This document shows, piece by piece, positions 44,553 through 55,233 of a stretch of 64,000 nucleotides of DNA. A program made the translations under genes and the position numbers. The notes beneath the pieces were generated by a model, which worked only from the letters and a program-made list of their open reading frames with translations, did not search any database and was not told where the DNA came from. This DNA is from a phage, in assembly GCA_036439915.1 (NCBI GenBank), contig GCA_036439915.1_3065.1. One strand, given 5' to 3'. Within the stretch, counting starts at the first letter, position 1, and each line of letters opens with the position of its first letter.

Positions 44553-47500
44553 ATGGCTACTTTAAAACAAATACAATTTAAAAGAAGCAAAACGGCAGGT
44601 CAACGTCCAGCTGCTTCAGTATTAGCCGAAGGTGAATTGGCTATAAACTTAAAAGATCGTGTACTTTTTACTAAAGATGATCAAGGAAATATTATTGACT
44701 TAGGTTTTGCTAAAGGCGGTAGTATTGATGGGAATGTTATTCATAAAGGCAATTATAACCAAACTGGCGATTATACTTTAAACGGTACATTCGCCCAGAC
44801 TGGTAATTTTAATTTAACCGGTATTGCTCGAGTAACTCGTGATATTATTGCTGCTGGGCAGATTATGACTGAAGGCGGAGAACTTATTACAAAAAGTTCA
44901 GGAACGGCACACGTTCGTTTTCATGATTCCGCCGACCGTGAACGCGGTATTATTTTTTCTCCTGCTAATGACGGTTTAACTACACAAGTAGTTAACATCA
45001 GAGTTCAAGATTACAAAGCTGGTTCAGAAAGCACTTTCGCTTTTAATGGAAATGGTTTGTTTTCTTCACCAGAAGTTTTTGGGTGGAAATCTGTATCAAC
45101 TCCGGTAATTTATACCAATAAAGTTATCACCAATAAAAAAGTTAAAGATGATTATGACATCTATTCGATGGCAGACAATGTTCCATTGTCTGAAAGCACT
45201 ACTGCTATTAATCATCTTCGTGTTATGCGTAATGCAGTTGGTTCTGGTATTTTCCATGAAGTTAAAGATAATGATGGAATAACATGGTATAGTGGAGATG
45301 GATTAGACGCTTATCTTTGGTCATTTACTTGGAGCGGCGGAATTAAATCAAGTCACTCAATTTCCATCGGTTTAACACCCGGACCTAAGGATTACTCAAT
45401 ATTAGGACCGTCTAGTATCGCTTTAGGAGATAATGATACTGGATTTAAATGGCATCAAGACGGATATTATTTCAGTGTTAACAATGGCACAAAAACGTTT
45501 TTATTTAGTCCCAGCGAAACAACTAGCCTAAGAAAATTTGTAGCTGGATATTCTACTAACGGAACCGATTTAACTACTCCTCCAACTGAAAATTATGCTC
45601 TTGCTACTGTAGTGACATACCATGATAATAACGCGTTTGGGGATGGTCAGACTCTTTTAGGATATTATCAAGGCGGTAACTATCATCATTATTTCCGCGG
45701 CAAGGGCACTACAAACATTAATACTCACGGCGGTTTGTTAGTTACTCCAGGCAATATTGACGTTATTGGTGGTTCTGTTAATATCGATGGTAGAAATAAT
45801 GCTTCTACAGCGATGTTTAAAGGTAACACAACAGGTAGTAGTTCTGTGGATAACATGACAATTTCTGTGTGGGGTAATACATTTACTAATCCTAGCGAAG
45901 GTAATCGCAAAAATGTCATGGAAATTTCCGATGCAACTAGCTGGATGAGCTATATTCAAAGACTTACTACTGGTGAAGTAGAAATGAACGTTAACGGTTC
46001 ATTTGAATCATCTGGTGTTACTGCTGGAAATAGAGGAGTTCACACAACAGGCGAAATTTCATCTGGAGCAGTGAATGCTCTTCGCATTTGGAATGCAGAT
46101 TATGGAGCCATTTTTAGACGTTCAGAAGGTAGTCTTCATATTATTCCAACTGCTTATGGTGAAGGCAAAAATGGTGATATTGGTCCACTTCGTCCATTTA
46201 GCATAGCTTTAGATACTGGTAAGGTTGTTATTCCAGATTTAGAATCAAGTTATAACACGTTTGCTGCAAATGGCTACATTAAATTTGCTGGTCATGGGGC
46301 TGGTGCCGGCGGTTATGATATTCAGTATTCACAAGCTGCTCCTATTTTCCAAGAAATCGATGATGCTGCTGTAAGCAAATATTATCCTATTGTTAAACAG
46401 AAGTTTTTAAACGGTAAAGCTGTCTGGTCTTTAGGTACTGAAATTAATTCAGGTACATTTGTTTTACATCATCTAAAAGAAGATGGTTCACAAGGCCATA
46501 CATCAAGATTTAATGCTGATGGTACAGTTAATTTCCCCGATAATGTTCAAGTCGGCGGCGGTGAAGCTACTATTGCTCGTAATGGTAATATCTTCTCTGA
46601 TATTTGGAAAACATTTACTTCTGCCGGAGAAACCACAAATATTCGCGATGCAATAGCTACTCGTGTTTCTAAAGAAGGCGACACGATGACTGGTAAATTG
46701 ACTTTATCAGCAGGCAATGATGCTCTCGTTTTAACTGCGGGCGAAGGTGCTTCATCACATATCCGTAGTGATGTAGGTGGTACAAATAACTGGTATATAG
46801 GCAAAGGTGGCGGCGACAGCGGTCTAGGTTTTTACAGTTACATTACACAGGGTGGTGTATACATAACAAATAACGGCGAAATATCGCTTTCTCCTCAAGG
46901 TCAAGGAACATTTAATTTTAATAGAGATCGCATTCATATAAATGGCACACAATGGACTGCACACCAAGCTGGTGATTGGGGAAACCAATGGCGACAAGAA
47001 GCGCCGATATTTGTAGATTTTGGCAATGTCGGTAATGATAGTTATTACCCGATTATCAAAGGAAAATCTGGTATTACTAATGAAGGATACATATCGGGTG
47101 TTGATTTTGGTATGCGACGCACTACTAACCAATGGGCTCAGGCTATTATCCGTGTTGGTAACCAGGAAAATGGTTCTGACCCACAAGCTATCTATGAATT
47201 TCACCACAATGGAGTTCTGTATGCTCCTAATATGGTTCAAGCTGGAGCAAGATTATCAGCTGGCGGTGGTGACCCTGTATGGACCGGCCCGTGTCTTGTT
47301 ATTGGTGATAATGATACTGGATTAGTTCATGGTGGTGACGGCCGAATCAATATGGTTGCAAATGGTGTGCATATTGCTTCGTGGTCTTCATCTTATCAGT
47401 CTCATCCTGGCCTTTGGGATTCAAACGGTGCTTTTTGGACAGAAGTTGGAAGAGCTATCGTTTCTCATGGGCATCTCGTTCAGGCAAATGATAGTTATTC

Positions 47501-47864
47501 AACGTTTGTCCGTGATGTTTATGTCCGTTCTGATATTCGTGTTAAAAAGGACCTAGTTAAATTTGAAAATGCTTCTGAGAAGCTTTCAAAAATTAATGGT
47601 TACACTTATATGCAGAAGCGAGGCCTAGATGAAGAAGGTAATCAGAAATGGGAACCAAACGCTGGGTTAATTGCTCAAGAAGTTCAAGCTATTTTACCTG
47701 AATTGGTTGAAGGCGATCAGGATAGTGAAGCTTTACTTCGTTTGAACTATAACGGTGTAATTGGTTTAAATACAGCTGCAATCAATGAGCATACTGCAGA
47801 AATTGCAGAACTTAAGTCAGAGATTGAAGAGCTTAAAAAATTAGTTAAATCATTGTTAAAATAA
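44553..47864 (+). CDS. 37: long tail fibre distal subunit gp37 with C-terminal intramolecular chaperone-like domain
   Basis: 1103-aa ORF; C-terminal ~110 aa has SDIRVKK then coiled-coil, resembling self-cleaving peptidase-S74 tails. Confidence 0.9.
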   Translation: MATLKQIQFKRSKTAGQRPAASVLAEGELAINLKDRVLFTKDDQGNIIDLGFAKGGSIDGNVIHKGNYNQTGDYTLNGTFAQTGNFNLTGIARVTRDIIAAGQIMTEGGELITKSSGTAHVRFHDSADRERGIIFSPANDGLTTQVVNIRVQDYKAGSESTFAFNGNGLFSSPEVFGWKSVSTPVIYTNKVITNKKVKDDYDIYSMADNVPLSESTTAINHLRVMRNAVGSGIFHEVKDNDGITWYSGDGLDAYLWSFTWSGGIKSSHSISIGLTPGPKDYSILGPSSIALGDNDTGFKWHQDGYYFSVNNGTKTFLFSPSETTSLRKFVAGYSTNGTDLTTPPTENYALATVVTYHDNNAFGDGQTLLGYYQGGNYHHYFRGKGTTNINTHGGLLVTPGNIDVIGGSVNIDGRNNASTAMFKGNTTGSSSVDNMTISVWGNTFTNPSEGNRKNVMEISDATSWMSYIQRLTTGEVEMNVNGSFESSGVTAGNRGVHTTGEISSGAVNALRIWNADYGAIFRRSEGSLHIIPTAYGEGKNGDIGPLRPFSIALDTGKVVIPDLESSYNTFAANGYIKFAGHGAGAGGYDIQYSQAAPIFQEIDDAAVSKYYPIVKQKFLNGKAVWSLGTEINSGTFVLHHLKEDGSQGHTSRFNADGTVNFPDNVQVGGGEATIARNGNIFSDIWKTFTSAGETTNIRDAIATRVSKEGDTMTGKLTLSAGNDALVLTAGEGASSHIRSDVGGTNNWYIGKGGGDSGLGFYSYITQGGVYITNNGEISLSPQGQGTFNFNRDRIHINGTQWTAHQAGDWGNQWRQEAPIFVDFGNVGNDSYYPIIKGKSGITNEGYISGVDFGMRRTTNQWAQAIIRVGNQENGSDPQAIYEFHHNGVLYAPNMVQAGARLSAGGGDPVWTGPCLVIGDNDTGLVHGGDGRINMVANGVHIASWSSSYQSHPGLWDSNGAFWTEVGRAIVSHGHLVQANDSYSTFVRDVYVRSDIRVKKDLVKFENASEKLSKINGYTYMQKRGLDEEGNQKWEPNAGLIAQEVQAILPELVEGDQDSEALLRLNYNGVIGLNTAAINEHTAEIAELKSEIEELKKLVKSLLK

Positions 47865-47869
47865 AATGA

Positions 47870-47883
47870 GGGGCTTCGGCCCC
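47870..47883 (+). terminator. UUCG-loop hairpin between genes 37 and 38
   Basis: ggggc-ttcg-gcccc directly before GGAGG RBS of gene 38; no T tract. Confidence 0.4.
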
Positions 47884-47895
47884 TTGGAGGTTTAT

Positions 47896-48669
47896 ATGGC
47901 AGTTGAAGGACCGTGGGTAGGATGGTCTGCGAGGGTACAAACTGGAGACCCTTGGATGGGTGGTGCCGCACAGAGATTGAGAATGGGAATTCCGTTTTGG
48001 ATGAGTAATATGATAGGTCGATCTGTTGAAGTAATTCACACGCTTGGAGCAGACCATAACTTCAATGGTCAATGGTTCCGAGATAGATGTTTTGAGGCAG
48101 GTAGTACACCTATAGTGTTTAATATCACTGGAGATTTAGTATCATATTCTAAAGATGTTCCTTTATTCTTCATGTACGGAGATACACCGAATGAATATGT
48201 TCAGTTGAATATACACGGCGTAACGATGTATGGACGTGGCGGGAATGGCGGTAGCAATAGTCCCGGATCGGCTGGGGGTCATTGTATTCAAAATGATATT
48301 GGTGGAAGACTAAGAATTAATAATGGCGGAGCTATTGCAGGCGGCGGTGGCGGCGGCGGCGGCGGTAACTACGGTAGACTATCATTTGGTGGTGGTGGTG
48401 GTCGCCCATTCGGTGCTGGCGGGTCTTCCTCTCATATGGGTGCTGGTGCAACCGCTGGCACCATTTCCGCTCCGGGTGCAGGATCTGTCGGTAAGGGGTC
48501 TCTTTGGGTATATACAGGCGGGAATGGCGGTGAAGTTGGCTCAGCAGGAGGTAGATGTAATATTCATGGGAACGGTACAGAATATAACGGTGGTGCTGCT
48601 GGTTATGCCGTCATAGGGTCTACACCGACATGGCAAAACGTTGGAGCAATATATGGTCCAAGAGTATAA
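47896..48669 (+). CDS. 38: T2-type receptor-recognising adhesin gp38
   Basis: 257 aa from MAVEGPW; conserved N-terminus, glycine-rich motifs, poly-Gly run. Confidence 0.85.
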   Translation: MAVEGPWVGWSARVQTGDPWMGGAAQRLRMGIPFWMSNMIGRSVEVIHTLGADHNFNGQWFRDRCFEAGSTPIVFNITGDLVSYSKDVPLFFMYGDTPNEYVQLNIHGVTMYGRGGNGGSNSPGSAGGHCIQNDIGGRLRINNGGAIAGGGGGGGGGNYGRLSFGGGGGRPFGAGGSSSHMGAGATAGTISAPGAGSVGKGSLWVYTGGNGGEVGSAGGRCNIHGNGTEYNGGAAGYAVIGSTPTWQNVGAIYGPRV

Positions 48670-48699
48670 TTTGAATAAATATCCTTAAAAGGAGGGTCT

Positions 48700-49356
48700 A
48701 TGGCAGCACCTAGAATATCATTTTCGCCCTCTGATATTCTGTTGGGTGTTCTAGATCGCTTGTTCAAAGATAACGCTACCGGGAAGGTTCTTGCTTCCCG
48801 AGTAGCTGTCGTAATTCTTTTGTTTATAATGGCGATTGTTTGGTATAGGGGAGATAGTTTCTTTGAGTACTATAAGCAATCAAAGTATGAAACATACAGT
48901 GAAATTATTGAAAAGGAAAGAAATGCACGCTTTGAATCTGTCGCCCTGGAACAACTCCAGATAGTTCACATATCATCTGAGGCAGACTTTAGTGCGGTGT
49001 ATTCTTTCCGCCCTAAAAACTTAAACTATTTTGTTGATATTATAGCATATGAAGGAAAATTACCTTCAACAATAAGCGAAAAATCACTTGGAGGATATCC
49101 TGTTGATAAAACTATGGATGAATATACAGTTCATTTAAATGGACGTCATTATTATTCCAACTCAAAATTTGCTTTTTTACCAACTAAAAAGCCTACTCCC
49201 GAAATAAATTACATGTACAGTTGTCCATATTTCAATTTGGATAATATCTATGCTGGAACAATAACCATGTACTGGTATAGAAATGATCATATAAGTAATG
49301 ACCGCCTTGAATCAATATGTTCTCAGGCGGCCAGAATATTAGGAAGGGCTAAATAA
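48700..49356 (+). CDS. t: holin T
   Basis: 218-aa ORF recognised as T4 T holin; single N-proximal TM. Confidence 0.93.
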   Translation: MAAPRISFSPSDILLGVLDRLFKDNATGKVLASRVAVVILLFIMAIVWYRGDSFFEYYKQSKYETYSEIIEKERNARFESVALEQLQIVHISSEADFSAVYSFRPKNLNYFVDIIAYEGKLPSTISEKSLGGYPVDKTMDEYTVHLNGRHYYSNSKFAFLPTKKPTPEINYMYSCPYFNLDNIYAGTITMYWYRNDHISNDRLESICSQAARILGRAK

Positions 49357-49629
49357 TTATTTGTTTGTATACATCTCTAGATATCGATATACACCCTCAA
49401 AACCCTCGTTGAATTCGTCGATGAGGGTTTTCTTATCTTCTTGGGTTAATTCAGAAACAATTTTACGGAATGAATTCTGATTTAACTTTCTACCTTCATG
49501 CGTTACTCCAATCTCATTCAGAAATGCAATAAAATTAGCACGATTCTCAACAATATCTTCTCTGGAAAATTTAATCAAAATAGATGCAACAGTAATAATT
49601 TCACGAACTGTATCAATGTTTTTATTCAT
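49357..49629 (-). CDS. asiA: AsiA anti-sigma-70 factor
   Basis: 90-aa ORF recognised as T4 AsiA. Confidence 0.95.
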   Translation of the reverse strand: MNKNIDTVREIITVASILIKFSREDIVENRANFIAFLNEIGVTHEGRKLNQNSFRKIVSELTQEDKKTLIDEFNEGFEGVYRYLEMYTNK

Positions 49630-49641
49630 TAACTATACCAC

Positions 49642-49794
49642 TCAATTAGTTGACTTTATTATAATATCATCAGACACTCGATTTGTAAACTGGTCTGTGT
49701 TATTTTCTTCAAAAATTTTTTCTACGAATTCCTTGAACGACTCGCGTTCCTGAGCTACATTATGCTCGATTACCTTTTCAAGATTATGACTCAT
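49642..49794 (-). CDS. possible small ORF between arn and asiA
   Basis: manually translated 50-aa ORF, ATGA overlap with arn stop; contains the asiA promoter. Confidence 0.3.
   Translation of the reverse strand: MSHNLEKVIEHNVAQERESFKEFVEKIFEENNTDQFTNRVSDDIIIKSTN
49655..49690 (-). promoter_or_regulatory. T4-type early promoter for asiA
   Basis: minus strand GTTTACAAATCGAGTGTCTGATGATATTATAAT. Confidence 0.55.
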
Positions 49795-50069
49795 TCGAAA
49801 TAATCTTCAATTTCGTAATCATGGACGTAAAACATTATAGTTTTTAATACATCATCAATACTTTTTCCTGGAGCTGGAATTACATAAAAATATCCCGCCT
49901 TTGAGTTATCTTTATAAGTTCCAACCAAGAAATCATTATTCTCGAGATGTAGTTCTTCAACTAATTCATTAACAATTGAGTGGTATAAATTTGGTAGAAA
50001 CTTATACAGCTTTTCTAGAATATCAATTTTGATTGTGTATTGAACCACAGACTGAGAATCAATAATCAT
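49791..50069 (-). CDS. arn: Arn anti-restriction (McrBC inhibitor)
   Basis: 92-aa ORF recognised as T4 Arn. Confidence 0.88.
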   Translation of the reverse strand: MIIDSQSVVQYTIKIDILEKLYKFLPNLYHSIVNELVEELHLENNDFLVGTYKDNSKAGYFYVIPAPGKSIDDVLKTIMFYVHDYEIEDYFE

Positions 50070-50152
50070 AGACCTTCCCCTTATGTTTCTGTTTGCGATT
50101 AGATTCTTTAAACGCTTTCTTCTTATCCTTATGAACAGAAGCTTTATTAAAA

Positions 50153-50371
50153 TTATGTTTTGCGACTAAATTGTTCATAATGCTGAATTACCTCTCTTAA
50201 ACATTTGCATGTGAATGAGAACTTTTTAGCTACACCACATTCAAATATATGTTCTCTTAAATCACGTGTATCAGTATATCCCATCTCAACAATAAAATGC
50301 CTTATTAGATTTTTATCTTTATCATTGAGAGAATTAAAATAATCAGATTTTGAATTAATTTCCCTGGCCAA
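50153..50371 (-). CDS. hypothetical protein (arn.1 position)
   Basis: 72-aa ORF. Confidence 0.55.
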   Translation of the reverse strand: MAREINSKSDYFNSLNDKDKNLIRHFIVEMGYTDTRDLREHIFECGVAKKFSFTCKCLREVIQHYEQFSRKT

Positions 50372-50651
50372 ATTGAATCACCTTCAGTTGACGTTTTAAT
50401 TCTTTTATCATTTCTTCGTTCATCGCAATATAAAGATCGCGTAAAGCAGGTTTTAGCATTCCATTTACCGGAGAACTAAATGGGCATACATAATCTTTTC
50501 CTACAAGCTTTTTGGTAAATTCCATATCACAAAATTTAAATGCTGGCTCATTCGCATAAATTCCCCAATTAGTTGACATCATTTTATTGGCATATTCCAG
50601 TGCCTGAATTTGATTCATAATTCCATCGATTTGAAACTTTTTAATATTCAT
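50355..50651 (-). CDS. hypothetical protein (arn.2 position)
   Basis: 98-aa ORF. Confidence 0.55.
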   Translation of the reverse strand: MNIKKFQIDGIMNQIQALEYANKMMSTNWGIYANEPAFKFCDMEFTKKLVGKDYVCPFSSPVNGMLKPALRDLYIAMNEEMIKELKRQLKVIQFGQGN

Positions 50652-51112
50652 TAGTAAAGGTCCTCAGAGTAAAGTTCTTTTTCACTACCACCCCGTTCAA
50701 TACGTACTTGTCCAGCGTAAGTTGCAATAATCATTGCTTCTTCACGTGTCCAATAATTACTATATTGGTCAATAAACCCTTGGTCATCATCACAAACTTG
50801 TTGAGTAACTAATTGAGGTTTAACTACATCTAAAACTTCGGCCATATCTTTAGAATAATGACGAGCACCTGGAATAATAAGAGTTCGTCCATCTTTTAAT
50901 TTAAAACGGTTGGCCGCGCAGACAATTCGTCGTTGATACTTTTGGTTTTCATCCCAATATGCAGTCTGCCAACATATTTCAGGAACTTCTTTTAGAATAT
51001 CTTCTTCTGTGCATTTATAACCATGCGCTTTAAATTTTTCAGCAAGACTTTCTGGAGTTTCACGAGATAAAGGAACATTCAGCATTTTTAAACGATTGAT
51101 AAATGGGTTCAT
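50651..51112 (-). CDS. hypothetical protein (arn.3 position)
   Basis: 153-aa ORF. Confidence 0.6.
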   Translation of the reverse strand: MNPFINRLKMLNVPLSRETPESLAEKFKAHGYKCTEEDILKEVPEICWQTAYWDENQKYQRRIVCAANRFKLKDGRTLIIPGARHYSKDMAEVLDVVKPQLVTQQVCDDDQGFIDQYSNYWTREEAMIIATYAGQVRIERGGSEKELYSEDLY

Positions 51113-51438
51113 TTAAACCATCCTTTAATACGTTGCCACAAAGTTTTCTGTTGAGCTTTGTTAACACCGATTGAGCGAATAACTGGTTGAGATTCCTGGA
51201 ATTCTTTATAATCGGCAAGGTAAATTTCGTAAGCTGCATCTGTAAAGGAACTTATCGCTGCCATGAAATTATTGCGAATACCTACTGGAGCATCTTTACT
51301 TTCACGAATAATCATGTATTTACCAGTCTTAATCTTTACAATAGTTCCAAGATAAGCTCCATGGTACCAAATATCCCAACCCTCTTGAGTAGGTTCTGCA
51401 CAACGACGAAGTTCATTGATAATTTCTAACTTGTTCAT
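51109..51438 (-). CDS. hypothetical protein (arn.4 position)
   Basis: 109-aa ORF. Confidence 0.6.
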   Translation of the reverse strand: MNKLEIINELRRCAEPTQEGWDIWYHGAYLGTIVKIKTGKYMIIRESKDAPVGIRNNFMAAISSFTDAAYEIYLADYKEFQESQPVIRSIGVNKAQQKTLWQRIKGWFK

Positions 51439-51448
51439 TATTTATTCC

Positions 51449-52084
51449 TCACAGTTCAGATGCTACAGTGATTACTGCTTCAATGTTTTCTTCCGAGCGT
51501 TTAATGTCAAGATACACATTACCGTTTTTAGCGATTTTACATGACATTCCGATATCAGTAAATTTCTGAATATGATGTTCCATCATTTTGTATCCAAAAA
51601 TTCGCATATTTCCATTGTTGTTAATTTCAAAATTACGAATTCCGTGAGTGCGTTTTTCTAAAATAGCGAGATAGTTACTACGATAAGTTTCGACCTTTTT
51701 AAGAACAAATCCATTTTCATCTAAAAGTTTTAACATGAGGTCTTTATCTTCTTCCATATCAGAAGTAATCTCACGAGCTTTACGAGTTGCTCGTTTTTTC
51801 AGTAGTTCCGGAGCATTTTCCTGTGCGTATAAAGTTGCTGCATTTGAAATAATATCCTGAGCTTCACCAGTAATGATTAATCCATCACCTGATTTCTCCA
51901 CCAGGCCTTTTTTAATCAACACCCCAATATTACTATTAACTACTGCGTTACCTAAATCTGGATGCACCTCACGAACTTCTGCAGCTGTAATGAAATCTTT
52001 CTTAGCAATAGTAATTAAAATCGCAGCAGTTTTTTCATTCAAAACATCGTTAGAAGCTTTGATGATGTAAGTTACTTTAGACAT
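51449..52084 (-). CDS. motA: MotA middle-transcription activator
   Basis: 211-aa ORF recognised as T4 MotA. Confidence 0.95.
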   Translation of the reverse strand: MSKVTYIIKASNDVLNEKTAAILITIAKKDFITAAEVREVHPDLGNAVVNSNIGVLIKKGLVEKSGDGLIITGEAQDIISNAATLYAQENAPELLKKRATRKAREITSDMEEDKDLMLKLLDENGFVLKKVETYRSNYLAILEKRTHGIRNFEINNNGNMRIFGYKMMEHHIQKFTDIGMSCKIAKNGNVYLDIKRSEENIEAVITVASEL

Positions 52085-52109
52085 TTTCTAATCTCCGTAA
52101 TTCTGTATC

Positions 52110-52160
52110 AGTAGTTGATAGTTGTATAGTACCACAGTATGCTTTGGTTGTAAACCGTTT
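52110..52160 (-). promoter_or_regulatory. T4-type early promoter for motA
   Basis: minus strand GTTTACAACCAAAGCATACTGTGGTACTATACAACTATCAACTAC with upstream A/T tract. Confidence 0.6.
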
Positions 52161-52181
52161 TGTGAAAAAAATTTTTGAAAT

Positions 52182-52207
52182 AAAAAAGGGAGAGCCTCGG
52201 CTCTCCC
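52182..52207 (-). terminator. intrinsic terminator
   Basis: gggagagcc-tc-ggctctccc hairpin followed on minus strand by TTTTTT. Confidence 0.75.
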
Positions 52208-52213
52208 TAAAAA

Positions 52214-52363
52214 TTACTGCATGACTGTGATAACTGTCATGATAACACGTTGAATGCCGAACGCAAGAAGACCTCCTGCTACGGCTGGAACAACACCTAA
52301 ACCCGCCAGTAAAATGCTACCGGATACTAATGCAGCGCTTGTAATACCTATGAATGGACTCAT
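52214..52363 (-). CDS. small hydrophobic membrane peptide (motA.1 position)
   Basis: manually translated 49-aa ORF MSPFIGITSAALVSG...; ATGA overlap with gene 52 stop. Confidence 0.5.
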   Translation of the reverse strand: MSPFIGITSAALVSGSILLAGLGVVPAVAGGLLAFGIQRVIMTVITVMQ

Positions 52364-53688
52364 TTGATTTCCTCTAAATCTTTAGTGTATTCGGTAACTA
52401 CATTAGTAGTTTTCCAATATTCGTTTTCTTCTTTCTTAGCTTTAGCTTCTTCAGCAAGTTTCTTTGCTTCGTCGGAAGTCATATGAAAAATATTCATTCC
52501 AACTAGTTTATCAACATAAGAAGAATACATATCGATTTTCGAAAGTTCTTCGGTCAGTTCTTTGCGAGTTTTACCTTGCACAACGATTTCACCTGAAATT
52601 ACTTTCTTAATGAAATGTGCCTTGGCAAAGGCTAAACGAAAAGCTGACTCAGTTTCTTTGATTTTGTTATCAATTCGTTTTTGGACATAAGTTTTACGAA
52701 CTTCAACAAAGTCTTTAATTAAATCGACTACGTTATCGTAAACTTGTAGTTTTCCTTTCTCATTAATAACCGTAATATTCTGAGAACGGCGCTCAATTAA
52801 CCCAAAGTCTTTCATAATTTTTGCATGGCGTTCTTCTTCATTATCGCTCAAAGAATATTCTTTACGGAATTTAACTTTAAAGCCAAAACCATGCTCACCA
52901 CAAGCATCATCCCATGTAATGAAGCCTTTATCTTCAAGTGGGTCTAAGATTTTACTCACATAAGTTTCACGATCATACTTATACGGAATCTCAGTGATAT
53001 GCATTTGAGTTCGTGAAGTAAACTTATATGTTCCACGAATTTCATATTGCCCATCAATCTCAACGACTTCACCACGAAATTCTGGGAATTCTACCTTCGG
53101 TTTAGTTACTTTCTTTCCTTGAAGAGCTTGTAATACAGCTTTCTTAACAGAAGAAACACTATGAGGAAGAATGTAAGTTGCATAACCAGTTGCAATACCG
53201 GAAACACCATTAAGAAGAACAGTAGGAATAATAGGCAAATAGAAAGCAGGCGGAATGTGTTCTTTATCTTGATGTACCGGAGCATATTCAGTATCTTTAT
53301 ATACGTTATAGAAATTTTTACTTACACGAGCAAAAATATAACGACTTGCTGCTGCTTTTTGGACGGTACGAGAACCAAAGTTTCCTTGACCATCTAACAG
53401 AGGAAAATTATTATTCCAAGTGTTAGCCATCAAAGCACCTGCGTCTTGCGCAGAGTTTTCACCATGATGATATCCAAGGTCCGCTACACCACCTGCAATA
53501 GAAGCGAGTTTGTGAAACTTATCTTTATTTCCTCGTGCCAAATCAAGAGCTCGAGCAATAACAAATCGTTGAACTGGCTTAAATCCGTCAATCATATTTG
53601 GAATGGCACGATTTTCAACCGTGTACATAGCATAAGCCAATGCTTCATTATCAATGATACTTTTTAAATCGCGATTATTCAGTTGCAT
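52360..53688 (-). CDS. 52: DNA topoisomerase II medium subunit gp52
   Basis: 442-aa ORF, same length as T4 gp52. Confidence 0.93.
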   Translation of the reverse strand: MQLNNRDLKSIIDNEALAYAMYTVENRAIPNMIDGFKPVQRFVIARALDLARGNKDKFHKLASIAGGVADLGYHHGENSAQDAGALMANTWNNNFPLLDGQGNFGSRTVQKAAASRYIFARVSKNFYNVYKDTEYAPVHQDKEHIPPAFYLPIIPTVLLNGVSGIATGYATYILPHSVSSVKKAVLQALQGKKVTKPKVEFPEFRGEVVEIDGQYEIRGTYKFTSRTQMHITEIPYKYDRETYVSKILDPLEDKGFITWDDACGEHGFGFKVKFRKEYSLSDNEEERHAKIMKDFGLIERRSQNITVINEKGKLQVYDNVVDLIKDFVEVRKTYVQKRIDNKIKETESAFRLAFAKAHFIKKVISGEIVVQGKTRKELTEELSKIDMYSSYVDKLVGMNIFHMTSDEAKKLAEEAKAKKEENEYWKTTNVVTEYTKDLEEIK

Positions 53689-53692
53689 AAAT

Positions 53693-53839
53693 TTACCATA
53701 CTAGTGAATGTAGTGCCATAATAACATCAGAAATGAAAAGCACGACTTGAATTAATCCGAACATTACTCCATAATATAGTGCTACTAATAAAGTAGCAAG
53801 GGTTAATGAATAGCCCAAGATTTTCTTAATCATTTTCAT
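53693..53839 (-). CDS. small membrane peptide (52.1 position)
   Basis: manually translated 48-aa hydrophobic ORF MKMIKKILGYSLTLATLL... Confidence 0.4.
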   Translation of the reverse strand: MKMIKKILGYSLTLATLLVALYYGVMFGLIQVVLFISDVIMALHSLVW

Positions 53840-53978
53840 TTAATAGCCAAAACAATGATAAAATTGCTAATACGCCTTGAGCTGTTGCTTGTAAAAATAC
53901 TGAAGTTTCTCCAGTTATTACTGTTCCGGCGAATAAAAAGGACCAGCAGAAAAAGGCTATACCATAAACAAATTTCAT
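53826..53978 (-). CDS. small membrane peptide (ac-like position)
   Basis: manually translated 50-aa ORF MKFVYGIAFFCWSF... with GAGGAAAA RBS. Confidence 0.5.
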   Translation of the reverse strand: MKFVYGIAFFCWSFLFAGTVITGETSVFLQATAQGVLAILSLFWLLNEND

Positions 53979-53985
53979 ATTTTCC

Positions 53986-54066
53986 TCACTGGCGTCCGAA
54001 GACGCCTTTAGTTTTAAAATTATTACGATAGAACTGCATCACATGTTCGTTATGGAAATTACTCAT
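53986..54066 (-). CDS. stp: Stp peptide (activator of host PrrC anticodon nuclease)
   Basis: manually translated 26-aa [29 protein letters not shown] recognised as T4 Stp; start overlaps ndd stop. Confidence 0.8.
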   Translation of the reverse strand: MSNFHNEHVMQFYRNNFKTKGVFGRQ

Positions 54067-54524
54067 TAATATGCCTGCAAAACGAATTTAAAGTTATCAG
54101 CCAACATACGGTTCATTTCTTCAAGTGTTTGATACTCAGAATGATGATTACGAGTAAACGCTAAAGCTAACTGTCCTTTTCCAAATCCCGTCGTCAGAGG
54201 TTTCATCTTAGAAGCAGGCAGATAAAACACTGTGTATGGAACATTGTTATTTGCAATAGTACGTGCAAGCTGAGACCGACGTTGACGAATATGACTTAGA
54301 ACTGCACTGAATCCTTGCTTAGAACGCTGATTACCTACATAAAATCGTGCTGACACACATGGATTACTAAATGGACGACCATCTAATTTACTCACTAAAA
54401 AGTAAAATCCAGGTTTAGATAAAAAGTCTTTATGTGGAACTCCCAAAAACCATTCACCGTTCTTGATTGTACCAATAACAGTAGCGCCCGCATTATTCAG
54501 ATCAGTAACAGTCATGTATTTCAT
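54066..54524 (-). CDS. ndd: Ndd nucleoid disruption protein
   Basis: 152-aa ORF recognised as T4 Ndd. Confidence 0.9.
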   Translation of the reverse strand: MKYMTVTDLNNAGATVIGTIKNGEWFLGVPHKDFLSKPGFYFLVSKLDGRPFSNPCVSARFYVGNQRSKQGFSAVLSHIRQRRSQLARTIANNNVPYTVFYLPASKMKPLTTGFGKGQLALAFTRNHHSEYQTLEEMNRMLADNFKFVLQAY

Positions 54525-54583
54525 ATTAATTTCCTCTAATTATTTTCTACTCCAAGGCCGCATGAATACGCGCGGCCATTAAA

Positions 54584-54799
54584 TTAATCGTCGCAGTCGA
54601 CGCTCAATTCCCAAAACTCTTCTACAGTATAAGTTTCAGTATCATTTTCAATACAGAAACGTTCATTACTGTTATTTGCTAAAGTAGCGTTAACTGTCAT
54701 TTTCTCGCTGGCGCTCTTAAGAGGTGAAATACGAATTAACTGATCACCGTTATCTAAACAGAAAATTTCACCAACTTTTACATCTTTAAAGATTTTCAT
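54584..54799 (-). CDS. hypothetical protein (ndd.1 position)
   Basis: 71-aa ORF. Confidence 0.6.
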   Translation of the reverse strand: MKIFKDVKVGEIFCLDNGDQLIRISPLKSASEKMTVNATLANNSNERFCIENDTETYTVEEFWELSVDCDD

Positions 54800-54914
54800 A
54801 ATTCACCTCAAGGAGTATAAAATCCGAATGCAGTTGTTGACCATCCCATCCAATATGGGAAATTTGCACCAATGTAAAACATAAGAATATAAAACCAACC
54901 GCTCAGTAAATTCA

Positions 54915-55133
54915 TCATTTTACACCATTCCAAATTGTTTCAACTACGGATTTTAAACCATTTTGATGAATATCCATTCCGACTACCGCCATCAAATAGA
55001 TTCCAACTACAACTGAACCTAAGGCAAAAATCAGCATGAAAATGAATAAAGCCGGAAAAATATTATCGAAAAACCATTCAATAAATGTAAAAGCACTGCG
55101 TTTACGCTTCATATTTTCCTCACATAAATCCAA
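54915..55133 (-). CDS. small membrane protein
   Basis: 72-aa ORF with long hydrophobic segment. Confidence 0.5.
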   Translation of the reverse strand: MDLCEENMKRKRSAFTFIEWFFDNIFPALFIFMLIFALGSVVVGIYLMAVVGMDIHQNGLKSVVETIWNGVK

Positions 55134-55233
55134 AGTAAACGTTTAATACATCAATCATTAAAACGATTGGGAATATACTCAAAACTATTAGTATTATAAC
55201 TACATTCCATATAGCTTTAACAATCTTTTTCAT
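55120..55233 (-). CDS. small membrane protein
   Basis: 37 aa from MKKIVKAIW; ORF-track extension is translated promoter sequence. Confidence 0.45.
   Translation of the reverse strand: MKKIVKAIWNVVIILIVLSIFPIVLMIDVLNVYFGFM

Noticed and set aside
48340-48370. ggc/ggt trinucleotide repeat, possible CRISPR or microsatellite element
   Set aside because: It encodes the poly-glycine motif of gp38 and is in frame within the gene. No spacer-repeat periodicity exists anywhere in the window, so there is no CRISPR array.
48661-48699. Possible late promoter upstream of holin t (AATAAATA)
   Set aside because: It deviates from the near-invariant TATAAATA late-promoter core, so it was not called.
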